Assembly: GCA_028699085.1 (NCBI GenBank)
Contig: JAQVVF010000004.1
Coordinates: forward strand, 2,143 to 66,142
DNA: 64,000 bases
DNA from: Patescibacteria group bacterium
Lineage (GTDB): Bacteria; Patescibacteriota; JABMPQ01; JAQVVF01
Direction: 5' to 3'
In this document: in pieces, positions 1-10,205 of the stretch
Layout of the letters: every line of letters starts with the position of its first letter
Numbering within the stretch: position 1 is the first letter of the stretch
Notes under the pieces: generated by a model
Seen by the model: only the letters and a program-made list of their open reading frames with translations
Databases searched by the model: none
What the model was told of the DNA's origin: nothing
Position numbers and translations under genes: made by a program

Positions 1-92
1 TAGATAAAAGAATGTTTAAATAATCTCTTAAATTGATCGAACATAATTAGTTCAAATTTATATTAATTTCAAATTAACACAAAAATACTATT

Positions 93-120
93 TTGTGAAT
101 TATTGAAAAAATGCTAGAAT
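93..120 (+). promoter_or_regulatory. Candidate promoter (TTGTGA-16-TAGAAT) for the NHL-repeat gene
   Basis: TTGTGA at 93-98 and TAGAAT at 115-120, about 30 nt upstream of the ATG at 152. Same TTGTGA -35 variant as the Clp-operon promoter. Confidence 0.3.
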
Positions 121-151
121 ATAAACATTAAAATATATAATAAAAAACAAA

Positions 152-2434
152 ATGAAAAAAATAACTATTTTTGTTGCAGTAATCTTCATCTTATTTACTG
201 CAAATTCTTGTTTTGCAGCTTACGGAGATGTCTCAACATGGCTAAGTAGAATTTATGCCGGAGATGGCGGAGGCCCACTTGGTGCTTATTTTGATTTTCC
301 AGAAGATGTTATGTTTGATAATCAAGGCAATATGTTTATTGCAGATACCTATAACAATGTAATAAGAAAAGTTAATACCAATAATGTTACATCAACAGTT
401 GCAGGAACAGGATCATTCGGATATAGAGATGGTAATGCCTCATCAGCAAAATTCGGACAACCACGCGGCCTTGCTGTTTCTGGATCAACAGTCATTGTTG
501 CTGATACTTGGAATCAAAAAATTAGAAAAATCTCTGGCGGACGTGTTACAACAATCGTTAAAGACGATCTGCATTTTCCAAAAGGAGTCGCAATATATGG
601 GTCAACTGTTTATATCTCTGACAGCCTACACGGTGCCATCAAAAAGGTTTCAATTAACGGCGGCAAGGTTACTACAATTCAAAAAGGTCATGGCTTAATA
701 GAGCCAGAAAAACTTAAAGTTGATTCCTCTGGAAAATATCTCTATGTTGCCGATTACAAAGCTCACAAAATTTTTAAAGTAACAATTAGTGACGGGAACA
801 TTGAATTAATTGCTGGAAGCGGAGAAAGTGGTTACAAAGAAGGAATCGGCGCAAAAGCCGTTTTTCAAAATTCAGCTGGCGTTGTAATTGATGAAGAGCA
901 AAATACACTATTTGTAACGGATGGAAATGGATATACTGATCGAATTAGAAAAATAGATCTTGCAACAAAAGAGACCAGTCTAGTTGCTTGGGATTCTGAT
1001 ATGATTGGCATCAATTATCCAAAAGGTGTTGATATAAAAGGCGGACATGTTTATATCTGTAATATGGGCCTTGGCAACATTTATCGTTTTAATCGCTATA
1101 CCGGCATAATTAGAGACAAAGGAGAACTAATAGCCGGAAAAGATAGATTTCAAAATGATTTTGGCTCACAAAAAAAATCGTTAATAGGCTGGCCAACTTT
1201 TCCAATTTTTTCCAAAGACAAAAAATATATATATTTAGCAGAGAATAATTTAATTAGAAGAATTAAAATCTCTACAAAAAAAACTAAATTAATAACTGGC
1301 GATGTTGTCGATAATTATGTAGAAGCTATTGGCACGACTGCGCGCTTCAGTCATATCGGCATGATGGTTTTATCGAAAGATGGTCAAACAATTTACTTAG
1401 CAGATCAATGGAATAATAGAATTAGAAGTCTTAATCTTAATACTCTAGAAACAAATTTAATTTCAGGAGGAGGAGACACTAATTGTAGTGGACGTTCTTG
1501 CAACGGCTACAAAGAAGGCAATAAAAACAGTGCACGTTTTAGCAATCCTATTGGATTAGCAATTTCGCCAGATAATAAAAAACTTTATGTTGCCGATACG
1601 GCTAATGAAAGAATCAGAAAAGTTAATATCGCCACTGGAAAAACGTCTTTGATTGCAGGATCAGGAGTAACAGGTTTTGCTGATGGAATAGGTAATAAAG
1701 CAAAATTTAGTCGCCCGTATGGCCTCACAATCAACAAGGCAGGAACTAAATTATATGTTGCTGATTCATATAATAATAGGATTAGAGAAATTAATTTAAG
1801 TACAAAAAGAGTAACAACTCTTGCAGGAAATAATATCAGAGGCTATCGCGACGGTTATAAAGGGGATGCATCATTCTCAACGCCAAACTTTGTAATATTC
1901 GGCAACGATAAATTTCTATACACTTCGGAAGCAGGAACTCATAACATCAGAGTTATCGATCCAAAAAATGGTTTAGTAAAAACAATCACTGGAACAGACA
2001 CTCGAGGATTTCAAAACGGCAACAGGTATCATTCAGAGTTTAATAATCCATCAGGTCTACTTATAAGACCAAAAAAGGGCAAACTTTATGTAGCAGACAC
2101 CTGGAATGATTTAATACGAAAAGTTGATATTTCTGGCTCTCACCAATTCTACGAAAAAGCGCCAATTGTCACCGGAGTCTTGCCGACAAATCATTATCCA
2201 TATTCAGGCAATCCAAGCGAAACAAAATATCTTGATATAACTGGATACAATTTTATGTCTGCTGCAACTGTTTACTTTGGAAATTACAAAGCAAATAAGA
2301 CTTATTTTAAAAATGCTAATGCGTTAACAGCAGTAATTCCATTTGGTAAAATGCCAGGTGGAACATATGATGTTAAAGTCGTAAATATTGACGGACAGGA
2401 ATATACAAAAAGGGGTGCATTTGTAATCGAATAG
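152..2434 (+). CDS. Secreted NHL-repeat beta-propeller surface protein with C-terminal IPT/TIG-like Ig domain
   Basis: N-terminal signal peptide (MKKITIFVAVIFILFTANSCFA). More than 10 iterations of the NHL-type motif (..LYVAD..NNRIRKI/..GLA...). Final ~90 aa resemble an IPT/TIG Ig-like fold (YLDITGYNF...VKVVNIDGQ). Confidence 0.6.
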   Translation: MKKITIFVAVIFILFTANSCFAAYGDVSTWLSRIYAGDGGGPLGAYFDFPEDVMFDNQGNMFIADTYNNVIRKVNTNNVTSTVAGTGSFGYRDGNASSAKFGQPRGLAVSGSTVIVADTWNQKIRKISGGRVTTIVKDDLHFPKGVAIYGSTVYISDSLHGAIKKVSINGGKVTTIQKGHGLIEPEKLKVDSSGKYLYVADYKAHKIFKVTISDGNIELIAGSGESGYKEGIGAKAVFQNSAGVVIDEEQNTLFVTDGNGYTDRIRKIDLATKETSLVAWDSDMIGINYPKGVDIKGGHVYICNMGLGNIYRFNRYTGIIRDKGELIAGKDRFQNDFGSQKKSLIGWPTFPIFSKDKKYIYLAENNLIRRIKISTKKTKLITGDVVDNYVEAIGTTARFSHIGMMVLSKDGQTIYLADQWNNRIRSLNLNTLETNLISGGGDTNCSGRSCNGYKEGNKNSARFSNPIGLAISPDNKKLYVADTANERIRKVNIATGKTSLIAGSGVTGFADGIGNKAKFSRPYGLTINKAGTKLYVADSYNNRIREINLSTKRVTTLAGNNIRGYRDGYKGDASFSTPNFVIFGNDKFLYTSEAGTHNIRVIDPKNGLVKTITGTDTRGFQNGNRYHSEFNNPSGLLIRPKKGKLYVADTWNDLIRKVDISGSHQFYEKAPIVTGVLPTNHYPYSGNPSETKYLDITGYNFMSAATVYFGNYKANKTYFKNANALTAVIPFGKMPGGTYDVKVVNIDGQEYTKRGAFVIE

Positions 2435-2444
2435 TTTTTACTTT

Positions 2445-2453
2445 TGGTATAAT
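2445..2453 (+). promoter_or_regulatory. Extended -10 element (TGGTATAAT) upstream of the GT4 gene
   Basis: TGnTATAAT located 16 nt upstream of the ATG at 2470. Confidence 0.3.
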
Positions 2454-2469
2454 CGCAGAAAATAATTCT

Positions 2470-3651
2470 ATGAAATATAATATAATTATGTTTAACATGT
2501 CAGAATTTCGAGAATGGAAATCTGGCATTGTTAATCGCAACTATCATATTTTGCACAACCTACTAGAAAAAGATCAAATCAACAAGATATTTGCTGTAGA
2601 TTTTTTACCATACACAAAAAAAAGATCTTTAAGAATCTATCTTCAATCAATTTTAAAATCAACTGGCGGCAAAAGGATTTACATGGATTTAACATCAAAG
2701 CTTTCTCTGCATAGTGACAAGCTTTGTGTATATTCAACGATTGATTCAATATTCAGTGAAAAAAAAGTCTACAAAAAAATCAATAAAATAATCAAAAAGA
2801 AAAAAATATTTAATGACAAATATCCAATTTTAATTTGGTCATATTTTCCAATATTTTCAGGCTATTTTGATTTTTTCAAAAATTTTTCAGTTGTTAAAAC
2901 AATAAACATTTTTGATACTGTTGATAATTGGATGGAGCACCCAAATTTTACAGATTATAAAGAAAGATTAAAAAATAATTACGAAATAATCTCAAAAGAA
3001 TCAGATTATATTTTTACCGTCTCAAAAGATTTACTTAATCTTTTTCCAAAAGCAAAGAACAAAGAATGGATTCCAAATGGCGTAGATCTCAGCCATTTTG
3101 AGAAAAAGGCTGACAAAACAATTATTCATGCTGGTCATCCAATTATCGGCTATGTTGGCACAATTGAAAAAAGATTAGATTTTGAATTAATAAAATATTT
3201 AAGTCTTAAAAATCCTGAAAAATCAATCGTTCTAATTGGTCCAGTTTGGAAAAATGTCAAAGTTGACGAATTAAAATCACAAAATAATGTCCATTTTCTT
3301 GGCCGAAAATCTTATTCTGAACTTCCATATTATATAAATGAATTTAATGTTAGCATTATTCCCCATAAAGTCGACAAGTACACAAAATCGATGAATCCAT
3401 TAAAATTGTACGAATATCTTGCTTGTGGCAAACCAATTGTCACAACTCAAGTCGCTGGAGTCGAAAAATTTCAAGAGCTAATCTATGCAGCAAAAACAAA
3501 AGAAGAATTTAATGAAAAAATCAACCAAGCTTTAAAAGAAAATAACAAACAACTAGAAACAAAAAGGAAAGAATCTGTCCAAAATGAAAACTGGAAGAAT
3601 CGAGTCAATCAGATGCTCGAAAAAATTAACAATATAACCAATTCAAATTGA
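2470..3651 (+). CDS. Glycosyltransferase family 4 (GT-B fold)
   Basis: C-terminal GT4 signature region EYLACGKPIVTT with flanking E..E motif context. Typical length and architecture. Confidence 0.7.
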   Translation: MKYNIIMFNMSEFREWKSGIVNRNYHILHNLLEKDQINKIFAVDFLPYTKKRSLRIYLQSILKSTGGKRIYMDLTSKLSLHSDKLCVYSTIDSIFSEKKVYKKINKIIKKKKIFNDKYPILIWSYFPIFSGYFDFFKNFSVVKTINIFDTVDNWMEHPNFTDYKERLKNNYEIISKESDYIFTVSKDLLNLFPKAKNKEWIPNGVDLSHFEKKADKTIIHAGHPIIGYVGTIEKRLDFELIKYLSLKNPEKSIVLIGPVWKNVKVDELKSQNNVHFLGRKSYSELPYYINEFNVSIIPHKVDKYTKSMNPLKLYEYLACGKPIVTTQVAGVEKFQELIYAAKTKEEFNEKINQALKENNKQLETKRKESVQNENWKNRVNQMLEKINNITNSN

Positions 3652-5594
3652 ACAATCCAATACTCAAAAAATTTATATTTCCTATTATCATAATCGCAAT
3701 AGCGTTTCTTTTTTACTTTCCAAGTTTAAATGATAATTTTCTGTCTGATGACTACGATCACATTATGTTCGCCAGATCAGTTGATAATGTTAAAATGATT
3801 CCAGGTATTTTTAAAATTCCAGGCGATATGTATCGACCCGTCATGAATTTATCAATTGTTATTGATTATCTAATCTATCATTATCATCCGACAGGCTTTC
3901 ATTTTACCAGCCTGATGCTATTCATTCTTTCAAACCTTTTGATCTATGGAATAGTTAAAAAAATATCAAAAAATAATTTAATGGCCTTTTTTGCCAGCTT
4001 AATCTTTATCATTATTCCGAATCATTTTGAAACTATGATTTGGATTGGAGGCCGTACAGATCTTCTCGCATGCTTTTTTTATTTGCTAACAATTTATTTA
4101 TTTATTCAGTTCATTTATAAGCAAAAATATTCTTGGCTAATTTTATCTTATCTAACAGCTATTCCAACCTTTTTCAGCAAAGAGATCTCCATGACTTTAC
4201 CATTTGTTTTAGCTTTAATCTATTTATTTTATTTAAGAAAAGAATCAAAACTAAGCTTTAAAAAAGTATTTTTACTATGGCTTCCTTATATTTTATTACT
4301 AGCCATTTATTTGTTTATTCGAAAAGAAATTGTAGGTTCCTGGATTGGCGGATACAGACTATTTGGCGAAGTCTCATCAACTTCAATTTCGCCAAAATCA
4401 ATTCTATTACCATTTTACTTTGTAAAATATTTATTTAATTTCGAATATTTAGGAGCGTTTATTCCCAAATTAGCGAGTAATTTTTCAGCCAATATCATTT
4501 CATTTTCTGGAATAATTATTTTTACTATTTCTGCATTACTACTAAATCTAAAAAAACTTAAAGACTTAAGTTTTTGGAAAAATATTATTTTTTTAATTTT
4601 CATTATTTATTTCGTCTCAATTCCAAACTTTTCTATTTTGCCAGCCTTGAAATCGAATCTAATGAACACTCGAGTCTTATTCATTGCTTCAATTCCAATT
4701 GCTATTTTAATTTCTTACTTAATTTTTAATGATTTAAATAACAAGAAAAAAATTAAAATAGCTATAGCATCATTAATTTGTCTATTTTTCAGTATTGGTT
4801 TCTTCTTTAACTATATGCCATGGCACAAAGCTCAAACTAAAGCCAAAATTATATTAGATAGCATTGAACAATTGCATCCAGAATTTTCCAAAATTAGTTA
4901 TGCAACTTATGACAAAGAATTATTCTTCAAAAATCTGCCAGACAATATTTACGGCGCTTTCGTCTATCGAAATGGTTTTCCAGAAGCCTTAAGAATTAAA
5001 TTTAATAATAAAAAAATATTTGTTAATCCAAAAGAAAAAATAGTATGGGTAGTTAAAAGCAATAAAGATGCTATAACATCTCTCTGCAATTACAAAAAAA
5101 ATCCGCAAACAACTGGTATTCAAGTATTCAATTGGAATGATAAAGAGAACAAATTTGTTGAACAACATGATATTGCACAGAAACAAGAAAACAAAAAAAC
5201 ACTTAAACAGCAGTATCAAAATCAGATTAACGAATTTAATCAACAACTTAACAATTTAGCAATTGAACAATTTAACAACATAAATTCAAACGGAAAAACA
5301 ACAACTTTAAAAAGTCCTGAATTAAATTTTCCTCCGCAAATTATCGAACAATTTAGTTTTAAATTAGACGCCCAACAAAATACAATTGCTGACTTTTTAT
5401 GGCACGAAAAGAACAAAAAATTTGATGACAATAAAAATAATATCTTGGTCCCAATCAAAGCAGGGGATAATGAATACAAAATTGATTTAACTAAATGTCC
5501 AGCTTGGTTTACTTCAGATGATATTAATCAGTTTGAATTGATTCCAACTGAAAAAAAGCAAAAAATAAAAATAGAAAATATAGAATTAAAATAA
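3648..5594 (+). CDS. GT-C superfamily polytopic membrane glycosyltransferase (PMT/ArnT-like) with C-terminal soluble domain
   Basis: About 11 predicted TM helices in the first ~400 aa followed by a ~250 aa hydrophilic domain. Context next to GT2/GT4 genes and a second GT-C gene. Confidence 0.45.
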   Translation: MNNPILKKFIFPIIIIAIAFLFYFPSLNDNFLSDDYDHIMFARSVDNVKMIPGIFKIPGDMYRPVMNLSIVIDYLIYHYHPTGFHFTSLMLFILSNLLIYGIVKKISKNNLMAFFASLIFIIIPNHFETMIWIGGRTDLLACFFYLLTIYLFIQFIYKQKYSWLILSYLTAIPTFFSKEISMTLPFVLALIYLFYLRKESKLSFKKVFLLWLPYILLLAIYLFIRKEIVGSWIGGYRLFGEVSSTSISPKSILLPFYFVKYLFNFEYLGAFIPKLASNFSANIISFSGIIIFTISALLLNLKKLKDLSFWKNIIFLIFIIYFVSIPNFSILPALKSNLMNTRVLFIASIPIAILISYLIFNDLNNKKKIKIAIASLICLFFSIGFFFNYMPWHKAQTKAKIILDSIEQLHPEFSKISYATYDKELFFKNLPDNIYGAFVYRNGFPEALRIKFNNKKIFVNPKEKIVWVVKSNKDAITSLCNYKKNPQTTGIQVFNWNDKENKFVEQHDIAQKQENKKTLKQQYQNQINEFNQQLNNLAIEQFNNINSNGKTTTLKSPELNFPPQIIEQFSFKLDAQQNTIADFLWHEKNKKFDDNKNNILVPIKAGDNEYKIDLTKCPAWFTSDDINQFELIPTEKKQKIKIENIELK

Positions 5595-5601
5595 AATAAA
5601 C

Positions 5602-6516
5602 ATGTTACTATCCATTATTATCGTTAACTGGAACACCAAAGAATTATTGCGCAAATGCATTCAATCCATAATGTCTAATGCGCCTAGTTTTGATTACGAA
5701 ATAATTGTCATCGACAATGCATCATCAGATGGTTCAGCTGACATGTTAAAATATGAGCTTGCCAAAGATCAATATCTTGATCGTTTTGATTCTGTTACTA
5801 ATGCCCATGTCATTATTAATAAACAAAATCTTGGATTTGCCAAAGCAAATAATCAAGGTATTAAAAGAGCAAAAGGCGAGTACATCTTATTATTAAATCC
5901 AGATACCGAAGTCCAACATAATTGCTTGCAAAGAACTGTCAATTTTATGGCTCAGCATCAAGATATCGGCATTTTAGGATGTAAACTTTTAAATCCAGAC
6001 AAAACAGTTCAATCTTCAGTTCGAAGATTTCCAACTTTATCATCTCAAACTTTAATCCTTCTCAAACTTCACAATCTTTTTCCAAATCAAGCAACTTTGA
6101 GAAAATACTACATGACAGATTTTGATTATGAAAAAAACCAAGAAGTAGACCAAGTCATGGGCGCATATTTTTTAATCAACAAAAAAGTCATTAATAAAAT
6201 AGGCGAGTTAGATGAAAAATATTGGATCTGGTTTGAAGAAGTTGATTATTGCAAACAAGCAAAAGAAGCAAGCTTTAAAACATACTATTACAAAGATGCT
6301 GAAACAATCCATCAAAAAGCCCAAAGTTTTAATCAAGTTTTAGGAATAAAAAAACAAGTCTATCTAAACAACTCGCTTTTACATTATTTCAATAAATTTC
6401 ATTCCATATTTAGCGTTTTAGTAATTTTGTTTTTATATCCGATTAGCTTACTGCTAGCTTTGCTTGTTGATTTTGTAAAATTGTTCATTCCAGTCAAAAA
6501 GAAAAAGGACTTGTGA
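5602..6516 (+). CDS. Glycosyltransferase family 2
   Basis: N-terminal LSIIIVNWN...YEIIVIDNASSDGS (GT2 DxD-type nucleotide-sugar binding region). GT-A fold length. Confidence 0.8.
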   Translation: MLLSIIIVNWNTKELLRKCIQSIMSNAPSFDYEIIVIDNASSDGSADMLKYELAKDQYLDRFDSVTNAHVIINKQNLGFAKANNQGIKRAKGEYILLLNPDTEVQHNCLQRTVNFMAQHQDIGILGCKLLNPDKTVQSSVRRFPTLSSQTLILLKLHNLFPNQATLRKYYMTDFDYEKNQEVDQVMGAYFLINKKVINKIGELDEKYWIWFEEVDYCKQAKEASFKTYYYKDAETIHQKAQSFNQVLGIKKQVYLNNSLLHYFNKFHSIFSVLVILFLYPISLLLALLVDFVKLFIPVKKKKDL

Positions 6517-6517
6517 T

Positions 6518-8209
6518 TTAATCAATCTCGATCTTTTTAAATTCAACTTTTCCTTTTTTACTGCCAGAAAAATTCAATCTAACAATCTGCACCAAATCAT
6601 TTTTTCTTAAGTTTAAATCAAATTCATAAGCATGCCATTTTCCATCATTATGGATTTTTTTAATAACAGAATTGTCAGACAAAAAATCTTTATCGCCAAT
6701 ATATCGATATTCAACTTTCAGCTTTTTAAATTCAGCAGTCTTTAAATTTACGCTTAAACTTTTAACTAAATTTGTATCTAATCTCAAATTAGGATTGCTC
6801 CTCAAAAAAGAATTCTTCTTCTTAATATCTAAAACATAATTCTTGTTATTCTTTTTCCATTTTCCATATCTCGCAATCCATTTTTTAGATATCAAATTAT
6901 ATTTCTCATCATTAGAAATAATTTCTTTGTGATTATTTGTCCAATCAATATGTTTAAAAGCGTTTCGGTTTGACAACACTAAAATTACTAAAATAAAAAT
7001 AGGCAAAATATATTTTGCTTTAGAAAATAAAATATTTAGAGATAAAACAAAAGCTAGAGTTACTGAAAATAATGCTGGCAATAGATATCTTCCTTGTGGC
7101 TGATAATTATCAAGACTGTAATAAAAAGTCGTTAGAAATGTTACAACAAAAAACAAAAAAATTATCAAAATAATATTAAATTTTTCTCTTTGTTTCTTCC
7201 AGATTAAAAATAAAGAAATAGGCAACAATATCGCGATCAAAATCAAAAAGTAAAAGAAATAATCATAATATTTTGGATCAAATCCAATATTTGCATGCCC
7301 AAAAACTCCAACAAAATTTTTAACCAGCTCATTCAACCAAGTAATAAAATTATCAAAATCCCAAAGATCTCTATGTTGTCCTTTCCAAAATTTATTCGCA
7401 TATTCCAAACCAAAAATATCACCCACGAAAATCAAATTCCTAAATAACCACGCAAAGCAAATAATCACAGCAGGCGATAGTGTAAATTTCAAAAAGTTTT
7501 TAAAATTTCGCCTATTTTTCCAAAATACTAACGCCAAAAAGAATAAAACAGCTGGATATAAAGTCAATTTTGTTAAAAAAGCCATACTTGAAATTATTCC
7601 GCAAAATAACAAATCAAGATTAGCAAAGCTTTCGCAAACAAAAAGTCTGACAACAAAATAAATCATTATTATTCCCAACAAATTTGCCAAAACATCATTA
7701 TTTAAAACTCCAGAAATAAACAAAAACATTGGCCAAAAACTGTAAGCCAATGTTAAACTATAATATATCGTTCTTTTTCCCTTGAATAATAATTTAGCCG
7801 TTAAAAAAACAAAGATAATCGATAAAATACCCAAAAAACTAGAACAAAATCTCAGCAACTTAACTTCATTATCAATAGATATCTGATTTTTCAAAACCAA
7901 ATCAACTGGCGATAAAAATAGATAATATAATGGCGGTTGATGTGCTTCCCAAAAAGAAGTCTTATTGGTCAGAGTAGGAAAGTGATGATTATTATTTAAA
8001 AATCTGATATATTCAAAGTGACCGAACTCATCAGGAGCTGCAAATTTCTCAGTCTTAAAATTATAAATATTCGCGACAATTAAAAATATCCCACAAATCA
8101 GAATCAAGAAAATAGCATCAACTTTATTCTTCATATATCTTGAAAAACAATTTAACAATTTAACTCTACAGCAATTCGTCCTTATTTTATCATGAAAATA
8201 AAAAAACAA
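6518..8209 (-). CDS. GT-C membrane glycosyltransferase, ArnT/PMT_2-like (polyprenol-phosphate-sugar dependent)
   Basis: First periplasmic loop carries DEFGHFEYIRF...AHQPPLYY, which is the DE..H signature of ArnT/PMT family. Many TM helices plus a C-terminal soluble domain. The true start is probably the internal Met (MKNKVDAIFLI). Confidence 0.6.
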   Translation of the reverse strand: MFFYFHDKIRTNCCRVKLLNCFSRYMKNKVDAIFLILICGIFLIVANIYNFKTEKFAAPDEFGHFEYIRFLNNNHHFPTLTNKTSFWEAHQPPLYYLFLSPVDLVLKNQISIDNEVKLLRFCSSFLGILSIIFVFLTAKLLFKGKRTIYYSLTLAYSFWPMFLFISGVLNNDVLANLLGIIMIYFVVRLFVCESFANLDLLFCGIISSMAFLTKLTLYPAVLFFLALVFWKNRRNFKNFLKFTLSPAVIICFAWLFRNLIFVGDIFGLEYANKFWKGQHRDLWDFDNFITWLNELVKNFVGVFGHANIGFDPKYYDYFFYFLILIAILLPISLFLIWKKQREKFNIILIIFLFFVVTFLTTFYYSLDNYQPQGRYLLPALFSVTLAFVLSLNILFSKAKYILPIFILVILVLSNRNAFKHIDWTNNHKEIISNDEKYNLISKKWIARYGKWKKNNKNYVLDIKKKNSFLRSNPNLRLDTNLVKSLSVNLKTAEFKKLKVEYRYIGDKDFLSDNSVIKKIHNDGKWHAYEFDLNLRKNDLVQIVRLNFSGSKKGKVEFKKIEID

Positions 8210-9379
8210 TTAATACTAATTCTTTCAATAGTTATTTCATTAACTCCTTTTTTTGTTAATGCTCAAAATATTCAAGACTATATTAATAAAACATATAACC
8301 GCTATTCCAAACATTTTGACAAAAATGGCTGGCAATATAATCAACCAAATTATTCAATTAATAACAAACAGCCAAATAATGCTCGTGAATGGACAATGTT
8401 TGCATCATATTATTACAATCGAACTGACAAAAAGAAAGAAAAAAACCTAGTCATCTCGGCTTTAAATAATGCAGTTGCCGAACTTCAAGCCCGTCCAACA
8501 ATAACGCAATCATTCAATGATTCAATTGCCCATTTTTTAATTTACCAGCAAAAGGATTTATTAAACAAATCTGAAAAACAAAATTATTATTCCCAAGTAA
8601 AACAATCACTTTTTGCTCGAGCAAACATAAATGACACAGAAAATAGAGGAATTATTGCCGGAGTTTTAGATTCATATTTAGCTGACAAATTATACAGAGA
8701 CAAACAAATTGACAAACAACAGTTAGAACGACTTATTGATAAAAATAAACAGAAAATCTATAGAAGTGTTAAGCAATGCATAAATGAGGAAGGTTGGTAT
8801 TTTGAAGATAATCAAAAATATTTTTCTGCTCATTACCATGTCTTATCTGCTTATTTATTAATGTTTTATAGCGATTATTTTAATGATAAGGGCTATTTTG
8901 ATTTAGCTAAAAAGATGACTTCAAATATAAGAAAAATATCGTTTCAAAATGGATTCATTGAGGCAAAAATAGGTATGAGACCAGTTGGACTAGGTGCACA
9001 AACATATTTAATGCTTGGTTTATTAAATAAAAGATATGAGCATAAAGACTATAGTGTTTATTTAAATTACACCAAACATCGTTTCTTTAATGACAAATCA
9101 TCGCCTAACCGATTAGAATTTCATTCAACCATGGAAGGTTCATCACCAAATTATCATGATGATATCGGCTTTAGCTTAGTAGCGGAAATGTCCAAAATTA
9201 ACAAGCACATCAAAAAAACAAAATTCAAAAAAAAATCAAAAAATTTAATTTTAAAAACAAAAGAATATCAAGATAAGAGGTTTACAATTAAAAATTATGG
9301 TGGGATAATTATTATTAATGATAAAGAATTCCGACTTTCAACTCATGGCGATTACTCCAGAATTACTACTATAAAATAA
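8192..9379 (+). CDS. Secreted hypothetical protein
   Basis: Signal peptide MKIKKQLILILSIVISLTPFFVNA. No recognisable catalytic motif. Confidence 0.4.
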   Translation: MKIKKQLILILSIVISLTPFFVNAQNIQDYINKTYNRYSKHFDKNGWQYNQPNYSINNKQPNNAREWTMFASYYYNRTDKKKEKNLVISALNNAVAELQARPTITQSFNDSIAHFLIYQQKDLLNKSEKQNYYSQVKQSLFARANINDTENRGIIAGVLDSYLADKLYRDKQIDKQQLERLIDKNKQKIYRSVKQCINEEGWYFEDNQKYFSAHYHVLSAYLLMFYSDYFNDKGYFDLAKKMTSNIRKISFQNGFIEAKIGMRPVGLGAQTYLMLGLLNKRYEHKDYSVYLNYTKHRFFNDKSSPNRLEFHSTMEGSSPNYHDDIGFSLVAEMSKINKHIKKTKFKKKSKNLILKTKEYQDKRFTIKNYGGIIIINDKEFRLSTHGDYSRITTIK

Positions 9380-9406
9380 CCAATAAAAAAAGACTAGCAA
9401 CTAGTC

Positions 9407-10135
9407 TTAACCAAGAATGATCTTCAATAAAAGTGCAGTATCCATCAAATTATCAAACAAGTAATCAGGTGTTACAATAGCCAAACTTTCCTTAGAAACC
9501 AAGCCTGTAGCTACTCCAATTGTTTTCAAACCAACAACTTTACCAGCCTCAATATCTCTTGGAGTATCTCCAAACAAATATACTTTTTCTCTCGACGTCC
9601 ATTTATTCTGTTCATTCTTTCGCAATGCTGAAATAATCAAATCCGAACGTCGCAAAGCCTGATCGCCAAATTCGCTAATCCGAGCGAAACGAAATAAACC
9701 AGCCTTGCGCAACTTAAAACGAGCGATACCTCCTATTGCGCCAGTCACAATACCAATCATTACACCTTTCTGAAGAAGTGAAATAAAGAGATCTCTGACT
9801 CCTGGCAGAGGATGAATATCAATATTGGCATTTTCATTTACATAAAAATTGGTCATTTCCGTAAAAATTGCGTACAACATTTCTGGAGTAACAGTTTTTT
9901 CCTTTCTAGATTTTGCCAGCAAAGCATAAATCAATTGGGTATCTGTCAAACCATGATAGTCAATACCTTCCAAAGTAGCATCCCTAATTCCACAAAGCTT
10001 TTCCAAAGCCATAAAAACAGCACGAGCATGACCGCCATTATTGATACCGGACGGAATCAAGGTTCCATCCATATCAAACAAGGCCAATGCCCGGAACATA
10101 TAGTCATTATGACAAAATGCATTCTTTAGCGGCAT
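9407..10135 (-). CDS. HAD-superfamily hydrolase (phosphoglycolate-phosphatase-like)
   Basis: HAD motif I FDMDGTLI. The start is reassigned to the internal Met (MPLKNAF...), which is preceded by a strong SD GGAGGAGGAA. The track start at 10195 would leave no promoter space. Confidence 0.7.
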   Translation of the reverse strand: MPLKNAFCHNDYMFRALALFDMDGTLIPSGINNGGHARAVFMALEKLCGIRDATLEGIDYHGLTDTQLIYALLAKSRKEKTVTPEMLYAIFTEMTNFYVNENANIDIHPLPGVRDLFISLLQKGVMIGIVTGAIGGIARFKLRKAGLFRFARISEFGDQALRRSDLIISALRKNEQNKWTSREKVYLFGDTPRDIEAGKVVGLKTIGVATGLVSKESLAIVTPDYLFDNLMDTALLLKIILG

Positions 10136-10205
10136 TTCCTCCTCCTTCTCTATAATAAAGTACTGAGCAAAACTGACTGATAAAATATATAACAAATACT
10201 ATAAA

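Noticed and set aside
384-698. Many short opposite-strand or nested ORFs in the six-frame track (e.g. 384-698, 4415-4603, 4989-5479, 10310-10633, 20625-21169, 35373-35681, 58275-58724, 58995-59567)
   Set aside because: They lie fully inside longer ORFs with clear protein-family signatures. They have low-complexity hydrophobic translations typical of antisense frames of AT-rich genes. I treat them as shadow ORFs.
10136-10195. First 20 codons of the HAD hydrolase ORF as given in the track
   Set aside because: Using the 10195 start leaves only 10 bp to the divergent gene at 10206. An internal Met at 10135 is preceded by a strong GGAGGAGGAA SD, so the start is reassigned.
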